Source of the DNA: an uncultured Chloroflexia bacterium
Lineage (GTDB): Bacteria; Chloroflexota; Anaerolineae; B4-G1; SLSP01
Reading direction: 5' to 3'
Assembly (NCBI GenBank): GCA_963751345.1
Contig: CAVVUS010000037.1
Span: 1-64,000, forward strand
Length of the DNA stretch: 64,000 nt
Part shown: positions 19,953 through 30,265 of the stretch, one piece after another
Position numbering within the stretch: position 1 is the stretch's first letter
How the letters are laid out: every line of letters starts with the position of its first letter
Made by a program: the position numbers and the translations under genes
Notes under the pieces: generated by a model
Databases searched by the model: none
Told to the model about the DNA's origin: nothing
What the model saw: the letters and a program-made list of their open reading frames with translations, nothing else

Positions 19953-20789
19953 GTGAAAATCGGGAATGAAGACCTCACGATTCGACCCGAATCCAAGAGA
20001 GCCATTGATATTGAGCTACTGCTACTCGATCTTCTCCTGTATGCCATAGTGGCCGCGTTTAGTTTCGATCTCATACCGTGGCCAATCTTCCTGCTGCTCT
20101 TCTACCCCATCGCTATGAGAGTTTTCATCGGCAACCATGACCGATACCACGCGAAGCGCGATGAGAGACTTCCACGATTTCTCGAAGCAATCTCCGAAGG
20201 CTGGGCAGTTGTGGTGACGCCCTGGGATGAACCCTACCCCTCGATACGAAAGAAGCACCTGCGACATCATGGAACCCATGCGCCCGGTATGTCATCGAAA
20301 TATGATCCTGAAACCGACCCGCATTCGGTCTTCGAGCTCGGAGGCATCGTCAGAGTGCTCTTCTCATGCCTCTTCTACGAGGAAGTGCAGCTAGTCCTGG
20401 ATATCCGCAATAAGAATCTAACAAGAAGCCGTCTGTACCGCTTCTTGTTCTATGTTCCTCTCCTGATTGCCTATATCGCGATCTTTGGATGGATGAAATT
20501 CGCGATCGTGCTTCTTGGCATACGAATCGTCGGCTTCACCGCCTGGTTTGTCTTCTCCTGGGTAATACACCAGCCCTTCGTCTACACCTTCGGCTTCTCC
20601 GACAGGATGCCGGCATGGTTCAAGGTGGTATTCACGGTGTTGCACGGCAGGCGGGTTGCCCAAGGATGTCTGCATCATGCCACACATCATGCCTGGCCAA
20701 CCGTACCCTATAACCAACTGCACGATTTTGACTTAGCAGTTGTGCGCAATCCCAAATCGGCGCCGGATATGAGACCCATGGGGGCGTAG
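19953..20789 (+). CDS. Membrane fatty-acid desaturase superfamily protein
   Basis: Three His boxes (HDRYH, HLRHH, HATHH) and hydrophobic segments; lower GC than its flanks. Confidence 0.75.
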   Translation: MKIGNEDLTIRPESKRAIDIELLLLDLLLYAIVAAFSFDLIPWPIFLLLFYPIAMRVFIGNHDRYHAKRDERLPRFLEAISEGWAVVVTPWDEPYPSIRKKHLRHHGTHAPGMSSKYDPETDPHSVFELGGIVRVLFSCLFYEEVQLVLDIRNKNLTRSRLYRFLFYVPLLIAYIAIFGWMKFAIVLLGIRIVGFTAWFVFSWVIHQPFVYTFGFSDRMPAWFKVVFTVLHGRRVAQGCLHHATHHAWPTVPYNQLHDFDLAVVRNPKSAPDMRPMGA

Positions 20790-21125
20790 CTTTGTGGTGT
20801 GCTGTGGCACACGCCCTCTGCTTTAGGCCACACCCCCTGGAGCGCTCCAGGGGATGTGGTTTCCGGTCTGATCGTCAGGTTGCCGGTCGCCAAACCACGC
20901 GGACGACCGTGGGTCAACCTATCCTTCTACCGTAATCTTCACGTTTTGCACGCTGTCTTTCCTCAGCAGCATAGATGACCGCACAGTTAGAATTGCTTCT
21001 CTAACAAGACTCGACTACACTCAGCAGCAACAGCACCGATAATCAAGGTCAACCCAACCTGAGCACAGATACCTGCCCGTCATAGCTTCACAGGTCACCA
21101 GACGGCCTAGAACAGGAGACCCAAG

Positions 21126-22923
21126 ATGGCTGATACATTCGAGACAACGGCTGTAACCGACAATACGTGGCACATCGTGGACCCACGTGGCGGCGTGGTC
21201 TATCTCGTTGCCGGCGAGGACCACGCGCTGTTGATTGATACCGGCTGGGGCGAGGGGGATCTCAAAGCCTATGTAGCCACCTTGACGGACCTGCCCCTAT
21301 GGGTGGTCAATACGCACGGTCACCGAGATCACACGGCAGGCAACGGGCAGTTTGATGAAGTATACGTCCATACAGCGGATGTCCCCTACGTTGCCGAATC
21401 CACAGCGAAACTGATTTCGATCTACGATGGATATGTCTTCAGATTGGGCAACCGGGATATTCGCGTGATCGGTGTGCCGGGCCACACACCTGGTTCCATC
21501 TGCCTACTGGATGAAGCTCATCGCATCCTGTTCAGCGGGGATTCACCACGCCCCGGACCTCTATGGCTGCACCTGGGCACGAGCCTCACGGTGCAGCAGG
21601 CCAGACTCGGTCTGGCGCATCTGGCGACTTTCAGCGACAAGTTCGACACGCTCGCCCCATCCCATGGCGCGCCGATGCCGGCAGGGACTATGATCGAAGA
21701 CTTGGTCGCCTGCGCTGATGGAATCCTCACCGGTGAAGTGGAAGGGAAACCCTACGAGACGCGCTTTGGCGAAGCCCTGCTGGCTGAGTGTGGCTCGGCA
21801 GGCATCATCTATCTCGAGGATCGCATTCAATGGGGATGGGCATCGCGGATGGGCAAGCGGATTATCTCACCCGAAGTCCATACGGATCGCACCGTGACCT
21901 TCCGCGTCAAAGCACCCAATGCCCAACGTGTGGTGCTCCAATCCGGTCCTATCCTGAATGCACTGGGCAGTGCTGACGGCAGTGTCGGCTTCAACACCGT
22001 GGACGATGACGGACTGTGGTCCCTCACGGTAGGTCCCCTTCCCCCGGATATATATGACTACGCCTTCGAAATTGACGGCGTCGCGTTCATCGACAGCAAT
22101 TGCCCTGGCGTGCAGGCCGGCACGGGATCCCCACGCAGCCTATTCACCGTCACGGCGGATGAGCCCGCCTATTTCGAGGCCAGCAACGTGCCCCACGGCA
22201 CGTTGCACAGGCTCTACCTATGATTCCCAAGTCACCGGCACAGTCCGCGACGTGATGGTGTACACGCCGCCGAACTATGATCGTGAACCGGAGCGACAAT
22301 ACCCTGTGCTCTATCTGCTGCACGGAGGCGGGGATGATGCGCGCGGTTGGACGCTGGTTGGGCAGGCCCACCGCATCATGGACAACCTGTTGGCGGAAGG
22401 CAAAGCAGAACCGATGATCATCGTGATGCCCGATGGGCAAGCCGTACCCCGCGGTTCATCGTTCGCAGCCTTGCGCACGCAGAACACCCCGCTCTTTGAG
22501 CAAGACCTGTTGGCCAACATCATGCCTCTCGTCGAGTCTTCCTATCGCATTCAAGCGGATCGTGACCATCGCGGAATGGCAGGGCTATCAATGGGCGGAG
22601 GACAGACCAACGCCATCGGCCTGAACCACCTGGAGTTGTTCAGCCACATTGGCATCTTCAGCGCCGGACGCGGCAGTTTCGCCGACGAGCATCCGGACCT
22701 GGTCGCCGATCCCAAGTTGACCAATGAGAAGCTGGCGCTCTTCTTCCTGGGCTGCGGTACATATGACCCGCTGGCAGCAGAAGGTATGGGTGCCATCCAT
22801 GAAGAACTCAAACAGGCAGGTATCGAACATATCTACTGGACACTGGAGGGGGCGGGGCACACCTGGGTTGTGTGGAGAACCATCCTCTATCACGAATTCC
22901 TGCCGCGCCTTTGGCGAAAATGA
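21126..22923 (+). CDS. MBL-fold hydrolase joined to an E-set/CBM48 domain and a CE1-like esterase; frameshift near 22218; may be two genes
   Basis: NTHGHRDH, GHTPGS and LFSGD (MBL); SPEVHTDRTVTFR..APNA (E-set); YPVLYLLHG, AGLSMGG and GHTW (esterase). Confidence 0.75.
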
Positions 22924-22934
22924 GAGTGTACGCA

Positions 22935-22965
22935 GACCACCGCCGTGCAATGCACGGCGGTGGTC
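22935..22965. terminator. Perfect hairpin between convergent genes
   Basis: GACCACCGCCGTGC-AAT-GCACGGCGGTGGTC. Confidence 0.65.
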
Positions 22966-23088
22966 ACGTATTGCCAATGGTCTATCGCCGTCCGATGTGC
23001 CGCACGCGCAGACCGCCTACTGGCCATCAGCAGTGGCAACTGCAGCGTTCGGCGATCTTGGCTGACACGGGCCGACCCGATATGAGAC

Positions 23089-23397
23089 CTAACCCCATCC
23101 TTCATCGTTGGGGAAGACGTTCGCGTACTTGATGCTGGTCCGCGGCTCGGCCATCATATCGGCCACGGTCTCGCGCCACGTGGCGTAGTGCGCGGTCTCT
23201 TTGTGCTTGCCCGTGTCTGCCTCAGTGCGATACACTTCGACCAGCACAAATCGCGTGGGGTCGTCGAGGTGCTGGACAACATCGAAACGGGCGATACCAG
23301 GTTCCTGAACACTGTTGCGGGCATTCGCCAGGGTCGCTCTCTTGAATGCCTCCACAGATTCAGGCTTTACGTGGACAAAGACGTGTACGATATACAT
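23089..23397 (-). CDS. Antibiotic biosynthesis monooxygenase (ABM) / LsrG-like protein
   Basis: VHVKPE...F..AT..NA..S..EPG..RFDV.Q..DDPTRF.L.EVY...HKETAHY..WR pattern; GGAGG RBS. Confidence 0.85.
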   Translation of the reverse strand: MYIVHVFVHVKPESVEAFKRATLANARNSVQEPGIARFDVVQHLDDPTRFVLVEVYRTEADTGKHKETAHYATWRETVADMMAEPRTSIKYANVFPNDEGWG

Positions 23398-23468
23398 AGT
23401 TGCCTCCATTAGGACCTAACAAGGAGCCGATATCCGACGGGGGAAACGCTGGTAGGCAGGGCCCAGGA

Positions 23469-25944
23469 TCACACGTCCGTCTGCAGCCGCTCGTCGGGCA
23501 TGATGAACTCGACATCGGGCTGTTGCAGCGGAAGCAGAATGTAGAACTGGCTGCCCGGACACGTGCGCACGTCGTGACCGGGGCTTTCCACCCAGACTCG
23601 CCCACGATGCGCTTCGATGATGCCTTTGACGATTGCGAGGCCCAAGCCCGGTCCGCCGCCTCTGAACTTGACGTTCCCGGAGGAGTGCAGGCTGATCTCC
23701 CCTGTCTGATAGAACTTGTCGAACACCCGCTGTTGGTGGACGGGATCGATGCCGATGCCTGTGTCAGCCACGGTGATCTGGATACAGCGCTCGGGTAGGC
23801 CATAGAGGTCGAACAGCACGGGCTTCGCCGTGATCCTGACCTCGCCACCGTCCGGCGTGTACTTGACCCCGTTCATCACCAGGTGGCGGAAAACCTTCTC
23901 CAACGCCATCCGATCCGCCTCGATTGTCGGACAACCCGAGAAGTCGGCCACATGGATGGTGATCTGACGCTCCTCAGAGATCAACTTAAAATCATCGGCC
24001 AGATCCTTCAGCAGCTCATGGAGATCCATCGGCAGGAAATCCAATTGCAGCGTCTGGCTCTCAATCTCGGCAAGGTCCACCATCCGGTCGACGATCTCCT
24101 GCAGACGCTCAGCCCCCAAGCGCAAGCCCCTTAATCATGTTCGACGTCAGGGTATCCTCTTTGAGCGCGGCCTCGTCCAGCAGCATATGGCTGTAGCCCA
24201 TCACGAGCGTCAACGGTGTGCGGAGTTCGTGAGAGGCCAGGGAGATGAAGTCGGACTTCGCACGGTCGAGGCTCGAGAGCTGGCGGTAGGCCTCCGAGAG
24301 CTCCATGTAGAGACGCGCATTGTGCAGTGCTACACCGGCCTGGCCGGCGAAGGCCGTCCCCAAGGCGACTTCTTCCACGGTATAGGGATCCGGCCGCTCA
24401 CGGGCCAGCGAGAGCATGCCGATCACCTCGTCTTCGGCGTTGATCAGCGGCAGCCCGACCCAAGAACGGGCCGGGGGCAAACTCTCCACATACTCCCAGT
24501 CCGCGCGATGCTCAATCTCCGGGACGGTCAGCGGTTCTTTGGTCTCATAGATTCTGCGGAAGACGTCACCTTCCTTGATCGGCACGCGAATGTCGCGGGG
24601 GTTGCTGTCGGCCGGAAAACCCCGCGCGGCTACGATTTCAAGAACGTTGTCCCGCCGCAGAAGCACCGACCCGCGATCGTAGCCAACGATCTGCCCCAGG
24701 CTCGTCAGGATCAGATCCAGGACCTCCGAGATGTCGAGCGTCTGGGAGAGCGCGCGTCCGACGGTATAGAGCGTCTCTGTGAGTGAGTGCTGGGAATGCT
24801 CAAACTCGTAGCGAGAAGCATTGCGGATGGCCATCGCGATCTGCCCGGCCAGCGAGACACAAACACGCAGATCGTCCTCGGTGAAAGCATCGCGTTTCGT
24901 GGACTGGATATCCAACGTCCCAAGCAGGACGTCCCCTGTTTCCAGCAGGGCCACGATCTCGGACTGCGTGTCGGCCAGGCTATCGACGCGCATGTAACGA
25001 TCATCCTGACTCACATCGTTCACCCGGACGGGCTGGTGATGACGTGAGGCCCATCCCATAAGCCCATAGGCCCCAATCGGCATGCGGAAGCGATCCGCCA
25101 CGAGTTGGCGCCCGGCTTCGCCGGTTCCCGCGCGTGCCACGAGATAGTCACCGCTGCGGTCTGTAAGGAAGATGCCCACGAAATCGTATCCGAAGCTCGC
25201 ATGCAGCATCTGCACCACATGGTCAAGCAAGGCATCCACATCCAGAAACGCGCCGATACTGCCGCCGACCTCGATGAGCGTCTCAAGCTGTGCTGCCCGC
25301 CGGCGCAGCTTGCGTGACCGCGATTCTGCCTCGTGCTGGACAGCTTCGAGATAACTCAGACTCCTCAACCGGGAGGCCTGAAGCCCCAGACCGAGCAGGG
25401 CCGCCAAGATGATCGCGAACCCGAATTGGCGCAACTGCGCAGCAGTGAGGACCGGCCACGCAACGACTAGCCAACAGCCCGCCGTCACAACGATCAGACC
25501 GATCAACCATGGCAGCGACAGGAGGAAATAGCCGGCAACGACCAACATGAGGAGCACGTTGGTCGTCTGCAAAGGATCGCCCGTCAGTGCGAGATGCACC
25601 AGGCTGTTGGCAAGCACAACCCCGGCTACGGCGCTGGACACAAGGTCCGCAGGGACTCGGACCAACCAGCGCTGCCGCAACGCAACGTGGAGTGCCAGCA
25701 ACAGGAGACCGGATGCCAAAGCCGTCGGAGTTAGCGTCAGCGCGACGTCTACCGTCTGAGGCAGCACCAAGTAGACCATAGAGAGGGCCAGGTAGAGGAT
25801 GCCCAGGGCAAACGTGGCGAGCACAAGACCTTCCAGGGGCCCCTCATCCAGGTTCGGGGCAGTGGACAGCGGCGAACTCGGACGAGATCGTCGAGTCCAC
25901 GAATCCGGTCGGCCCTGATCGTCGGATCTGTTGTCAGCACCCAT
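23469..25944 (-). CDS. Membrane sensor histidine kinase with two GAF domains; frameshift near 24125
   Basis: N-terminal TM helices, two GAF-like segments, H-box ASHELRTPL, NGVKYT, DTGIGI and GPGLGLAIVK motifs. Confidence 0.9.
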
Positions 25945-26156
25945 AGTCGTATTTCGACTTCCTGGAGAAGTGAGGTTATCCACATTATACACTGCAACAT
26001 AGCGGTCTACCAATTCAGCCCGTTTCGGTAAGGTTACAGTTTGATTTAGCACTATTGCCGGATGGATTCGTGGCACAGCTTGACAACTCTACGATCATAT
26101 GCCAGGATGAAGCAGAAACATGATAATGACATGCCAAATCTGGCTTGGGAGGCTTG

Positions 26157-26678
26157 ATGAAGACGCTGCTCATCGTGCGGCACGCGAAATCCAGTTGGAA
26201 GCACGTCGAAGTGGCGGATCACGACCGCCCCCTGACGAAACGGGGAAAGCAGGACGCCAAACGACTGGGGCAGCAACTGCTGGATCAGGATCTCGTGCCG
26301 CAGCTCATCATCAGTTCTACGGCAAAGCGGGCCCGCGCCACCACGAAGCGCATTGCCGAGGGGGCCGGCTATGCCGGAGAGATTGTGCTGGAGCACGAGC
26401 TCTATCACGCCGGCCCGATGGGGTACATCCGGACCCTGCAGAGCTTGGATAATGGCCTGCAGCGCGTCATGATCGTGGGACACAACCCGGCCCTGGAGGT
26501 GCTTCTGGAAGTCCTGACCGGCGAGGCCAAATGGCTTCCCACAGGCGCAATGGCTTGCGTCAACCTGCCTGTCGACACCTGGCCCGAAGTCCAGGAGTAT
26601 CTAAAGGGCGAAGTGGTCTGTCTGTGGACCCCCCGTGAGATGAAGCAGCATCAGGGAGCCGCCGCCGGCGCTTTGTAG
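26157..26678 (+). CDS. SixA-type phosphohistidine phosphatase
   Basis: LIVRHAKSSW, DHDRPL..RG, SSTAKRA..T and VGHNP motifs. Confidence 0.88.
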   Translation: MKTLLIVRHAKSSWKHVEVADHDRPLTKRGKQDAKRLGQQLLDQDLVPQLIISSTAKRARATTKRIAEGAGYAGEIVLEHELYHAGPMGYIRTLQSLDNGLQRVMIVGHNPALEVLLEVLTGEAKWLPTGAMACVNLPVDTWPEVQEYLKGEVVCLWTPREMKQHQGAAAGAL

Positions 26679-28144
26679 GGCCCTGCCGCCAGATCATCCC
26701 AGTACCCTCTTGCGTCCAGGCTGCTATAGGAGAATATTGCGTGGCCCTGTGCCCCTGCCTCGCGGGCCTTCTCAATGCGCCACGCGATGGCCTGAAAGTC
26801 ATCATAGGCACCACCGATGCCTGGATAGACCGGAAGCCCCTCGCTGTCAGCGACAAAGTCGGCCATAAGGATCTCCCATCTAGCCGAATCATCGCAGGAT
26901 CCGCCGTAGAGCATAGGCACGATGGCATCGACAGCACCGGACGTTAGCCATCCCTTGGAGTCCTGGTAGTAGTCCGAATATCCTTCGCTGAGTCCCCATC
27001 CCCACTTGTCGACGTAGTACGGCCAAACCGCAGCCGAGACCACCGCCCCGGGCCGCCGCTGTTGTGTCTCCTCCCGCACCTGACGTACAAACGCTGTGAT
27101 ACGGTCGCGCTGCCATTGGGCTCGCGCAGCCGAGGGGCTGCTGCCCGCGGCAGCGTTGCTGCTGGGATCATACGAATATCCCGAGCCCGCGTAGCGAACG
27201 AGGTCAAGGTGAACGCCATCCACCGGATACCGATTCACGATATCGGCGATGACGGCAGCAATGTGGGCGTTGACCTGATCGACACCTGGGCTGGCCCACA
27301 GGTAGCTGTTCCAGCTCAGCGGCATCGGCAAGGGCGGATCTCCGCTCGCATACTGCCGCCAGGTGTACCCGAGGCCGTATTGTCCGGGGTGCGCCGCATA
27401 GGAGGAGCCATAGGTGAGCCGGTCGAACATCTGCGGAGGCGTCGTGGCAGGGGGCCAAAGATCGCCATAGGCAGCACCGGGCGGGGAGAGCCACGCAGTG
27501 TAGACGTTGACGTAGGCATGCACTTCCAGGCCCGCCGCGTGCCCAACCGCGATCATCCGCGCCAGAGGATCCCACCCCGGATCGAGTCCCAACGTCGTCG
27601 AAACCGGCCCGACACTGAGTCGCGACGCCCAGGGTTCCAATCCCGGCGTGTAGTAGGCGTCGCCCGCCGCCCGGACCTGGAAGAAGACCGTGTTGAACCC
27701 CGCCGAAGCGATCTTGGCCACCATCGTATCGATGTCCTCCGGCCCAGGCGCATTGTTGAGCGAGGTCCAGTCATAGCGCGTGATCCAGAGCGCGCGGCGT
27801 TCAATCGTTTGAACAGGGGGAGCAGCTACCACAAGGGGAAGATAGACCGTCGGGGTCAGCCCGGCAGTCCACGCCAGACCCTGTATCGGCGGCGCCGTGT
27901 CACCTTCAGGGGCACCGCTGAGGGCGATCTCGTTACCGTACAGGAGGTACCACGCATCGGCGCGCCCTGCGATGCCGGCCAGCGCTTCAAAACCCGATGC
28001 CGACACCCCAATCGAATCGGACGCCGGCTTAAGGAGGATAGCGAGTGCGAGCACAAGGGCCAGGCACAGCAGGGATCTGCTGTGCCTGGCCGACATGCAT
28101 GTTCTTCTGGAGACTGGCGCATCGGGCGTCGCGAGCCTGGCCAT
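26651..28144 (-). CDS. Secreted GHL10 (UPF0748/YddW-like) glycoside hydrolase
   Basis: Signal-like N-terminus, ERRALW, GFNTVFFQVR..GDAYY, WDPL...H..GLEVHAY and YPVDGVHLD..RY motifs. Confidence 0.85.
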   Translation of the reverse strand: MARLATPDAPVSRRTCMSARHSRSLLCLALVLALAILLKPASDSIGVSASGFEALAGIAGRADAWYLLYGNEIALSGAPEGDTAPPIQGLAWTAGLTPTVYLPLVVAAPPVQTIERRALWITRYDWTSLNNAPGPEDIDTMVAKIASAGFNTVFFQVRAAGDAYYTPGLEPWASRLSVGPVSTTLGLDPGWDPLARMIAVGHAAGLEVHAYVNVYTAWLSPPGAAYGDLWPPATTPPQMFDRLTYGSSYAAHPGQYGLGYTWRQYASGDPPLPMPLSWNSYLWASPGVDQVNAHIAAVIADIVNRYPVDGVHLDLVRYAGSGYSYDPSSNAAAGSSPSAARAQWQRDRITAFVRQVREETQQRRPGAVVSAAVWPYYVDKWGWGLSEGYSDYYQDSKGWLTSGAVDAIVPMLYGGSCDDSARWEILMADFVADSEGLPVYPGIGGAYDDFQAIAWRIEKAREAGAQGHAIFSYSSLDARGYWDDLAAGPYKAPAAAP

Positions 28145-28344
28145 CTAGTTGACCTCCTGGCATAGTGTATCGGGGCGTGATCTGACGCTCAGGAGAAGCT
28201 TCCGTGAGCTGTCATCTTCATAGGTCACATGCACCTCGCGATCGAATGCACCCCGGTCGCCAGGTGCAACCACCCCATTCTGAATCCTCCCGCGATACTG
28301 TCAATGCCGAAGCCCTACGATAGTTCGTGCCGGAAAGCGGAACA

Positions 28345-28372
28345 TTGACGAAGACCTCACGAAGCATATACT
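28345..28372 (+). promoter_or_regulatory. Putative sigma70 promoter for the USP fusion gene
   Basis: TTGACG-16 nt-TATACT. Confidence 0.5.
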
Positions 28373-28440
28373 CTACCTTCGTGGCGGCACTCCCCGTGAG
28401 CGCGCTCACATGGAGAATCGGCGGTATTGGGGGAAAGGAC

Positions 28441-30195
28441 GTGAGCGAAGATCTGAGCGAAATGCCCGGGGCGATCAGTGATTTCCAGCGCGCTCGCCGT
28501 AAGGCGGCAATGCGTGAACTCATCGCACGCCTGAGGGGGGAGCCGATTGGACTGCTGTCCTATGAAGAGGTGCGACAACGGCTGAGAGCTAACAGCCAGA
28601 GGGACCGCGGCCTGCACGATATCCCGATGAATGCCATTGTCGGCAGCGTCGGGCGCTACAACGACTTCACGCGCGAATTCCTGCCCCGGGAGGAGGTCGA
28701 TCCTCACCGCTGGGCACGAATCAAGATCGCGGCCTCCTCGCTGACCGGCCTGCCCCCAATCGAAGTCTACCAGATCGGCGAAGTGTACTTCGTCAAAGAT
28801 GGGAACCATCGCGTTTCGGTGGCTCGCGAGTTCGGCGCCAGCCACATCCAAGCCCATGTGACGGAGATCCAGAGCGAGGCGCCCCTCACCCCCGACCTTC
28901 ACCCCGACGATCTCATCCTCAAGGTTGAGTACACCGAATTCTTGCGTTGGTCAAACCTTCACAAGGTCCTTCCCGGTGTCGACCTGACCCTTACCGCACC
29001 GGGAAGTTACGAGGATCTGAAGGAACACATCAACGTTCACCGCTATTACATGGGCCTCGACCAGGAACGCAATATCTCTCTGGATGAAGCCGTGGTCAAC
29101 TGGTACGAGACCGTCTACCTCCCGGTCGTTGACACGATCAACAGGCTCGGCGTGCTGCGGGATTTCCCGGAGCGCACGGAGACCGATCTGTACCTATGGA
29201 TCGCTGAACATCGCGCCGATCTGCAGTGGGAGCTGGGCTGGGACGTCGAATCGGCGGCGGCCGCGTCCGATCTGTCCACGGAGTTCAGCGAGAAAGCCGA
29301 TCGCGTGCTCGCACGCGTGGGCGAACGCCTCACAAGCGCCCTAACGCCCGAGAGTCTGGGGCTCGGGACCGCAGCGACCGGCGAATGGCGGGAGAAACGT
29401 CAGGCACTCTACGGACGTGACCCCCATCATCTCTTCCACAACATTCTCGTGAGCCTTGACGGTAGGGAAAGTGGCTGGTTGGCCCTGGACCAGGCCCTTC
29501 AGTTGGCGCAACGCGAGCAAGGCAGGATCCTGGGACTGCACATACTCGCGGACACGGACGGCCTCGACGGTGAGGGCACCGGCGAGCTCGTGGAGACATT
29601 CCGGGCTCGATGCGAGGCAGCACAGGTTAGCGGGGAACTCGCCATCAGCACGGGATCCGTGGCCCACGAGATTGGCATCCGCGCCCGATGGGCCGATCTC
29701 GTCGTCGCCCCCTTGAGCTTTCCACCTGGTGCCGGTCCTATTGCCAAGCTGCGATCGGGGTTCAGGACGATGATCGTGCGTTCACCCAGTCCGGTCTTGG
29801 CCGTGCCAAGAGCCCTCTTCCCACTTTCGACAGCCCTTCTGGCCTATGATGGCAGCCCAAAGAGCCGCGAGGCGCTTTTCGTGGCCGCCTACCTGGCCAC
29901 GAACTGGCGCGAGATGCAGCTCGTCGTCCTCACCGTGCACCCGGATGAGAGCTTTGTCGAGCGCAACCTTGCGGATGCCCGGGCCTATCTCGAGATGCGA
30001 GGGGTGTCGGCGGTGACGGTCGGACTCCAGGTGGCAGACATAGGCGCGGCCATCCGTGACACCGCCGCAGCTCACCACAGCAGCCTGATCATTATGGGTG
30101 GCTATGGGTTCAGCCCGGTCGTGGAGATGATGTTGGGCAGCACGGTTGATGACGTGCTACGCACGACTTGTTGCGCCACGCTCATCTGTCGCTAG
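28441..30195 (+). CDS. ParB/Srx-like N-terminal domain fused to tandem universal stress protein (USP) domains
   Basis: IVGSVGRY.DF...F.P and PPIEVYQIGEVYFVKDGNHRVSVA; then ILVSLDG, LAYDGS and LIIMGGYG....EMMLGSTVD motifs. Confidence 0.8.
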   Translation: MSEDLSEMPGAISDFQRARRKAAMRELIARLRGEPIGLLSYEEVRQRLRANSQRDRGLHDIPMNAIVGSVGRYNDFTREFLPREEVDPHRWARIKIAASSLTGLPPIEVYQIGEVYFVKDGNHRVSVAREFGASHIQAHVTEIQSEAPLTPDLHPDDLILKVEYTEFLRWSNLHKVLPGVDLTLTAPGSYEDLKEHINVHRYYMGLDQERNISLDEAVVNWYETVYLPVVDTINRLGVLRDFPERTETDLYLWIAEHRADLQWELGWDVESAAAASDLSTEFSEKADRVLARVGERLTSALTPESLGLGTAATGEWREKRQALYGRDPHHLFHNILVSLDGRESGWLALDQALQLAQREQGRILGLHILADTDGLDGEGTGELVETFRARCEAAQVSGELAISTGSVAHEIGIRARWADLVVAPLSFPPGAGPIAKLRSGFRTMIVRSPSPVLAVPRALFPLSTALLAYDGSPKSREALFVAAYLATNWREMQLVVLTVHPDESFVERNLADARAYLEMRGVSAVTVGLQVADIGAAIRDTAAAHHSSLIIMGGYGFSPVVEMMLGSTVDDVLRTTCCATLICR

Positions 30196-30265
30196 ATTGA
30201 CGTGATATCCCAGAGGCCTATACCTGATTCGCATTCAGCCCAAAGGAGTCTCGACGGAGCCAACT

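Noticed and set aside
20919-20972. Short minus-strand ORF MLLRKDSVQNVKITVEG* as another gene remnant in the islet
   Set aside because: Too short and no matching parent gene in the window.
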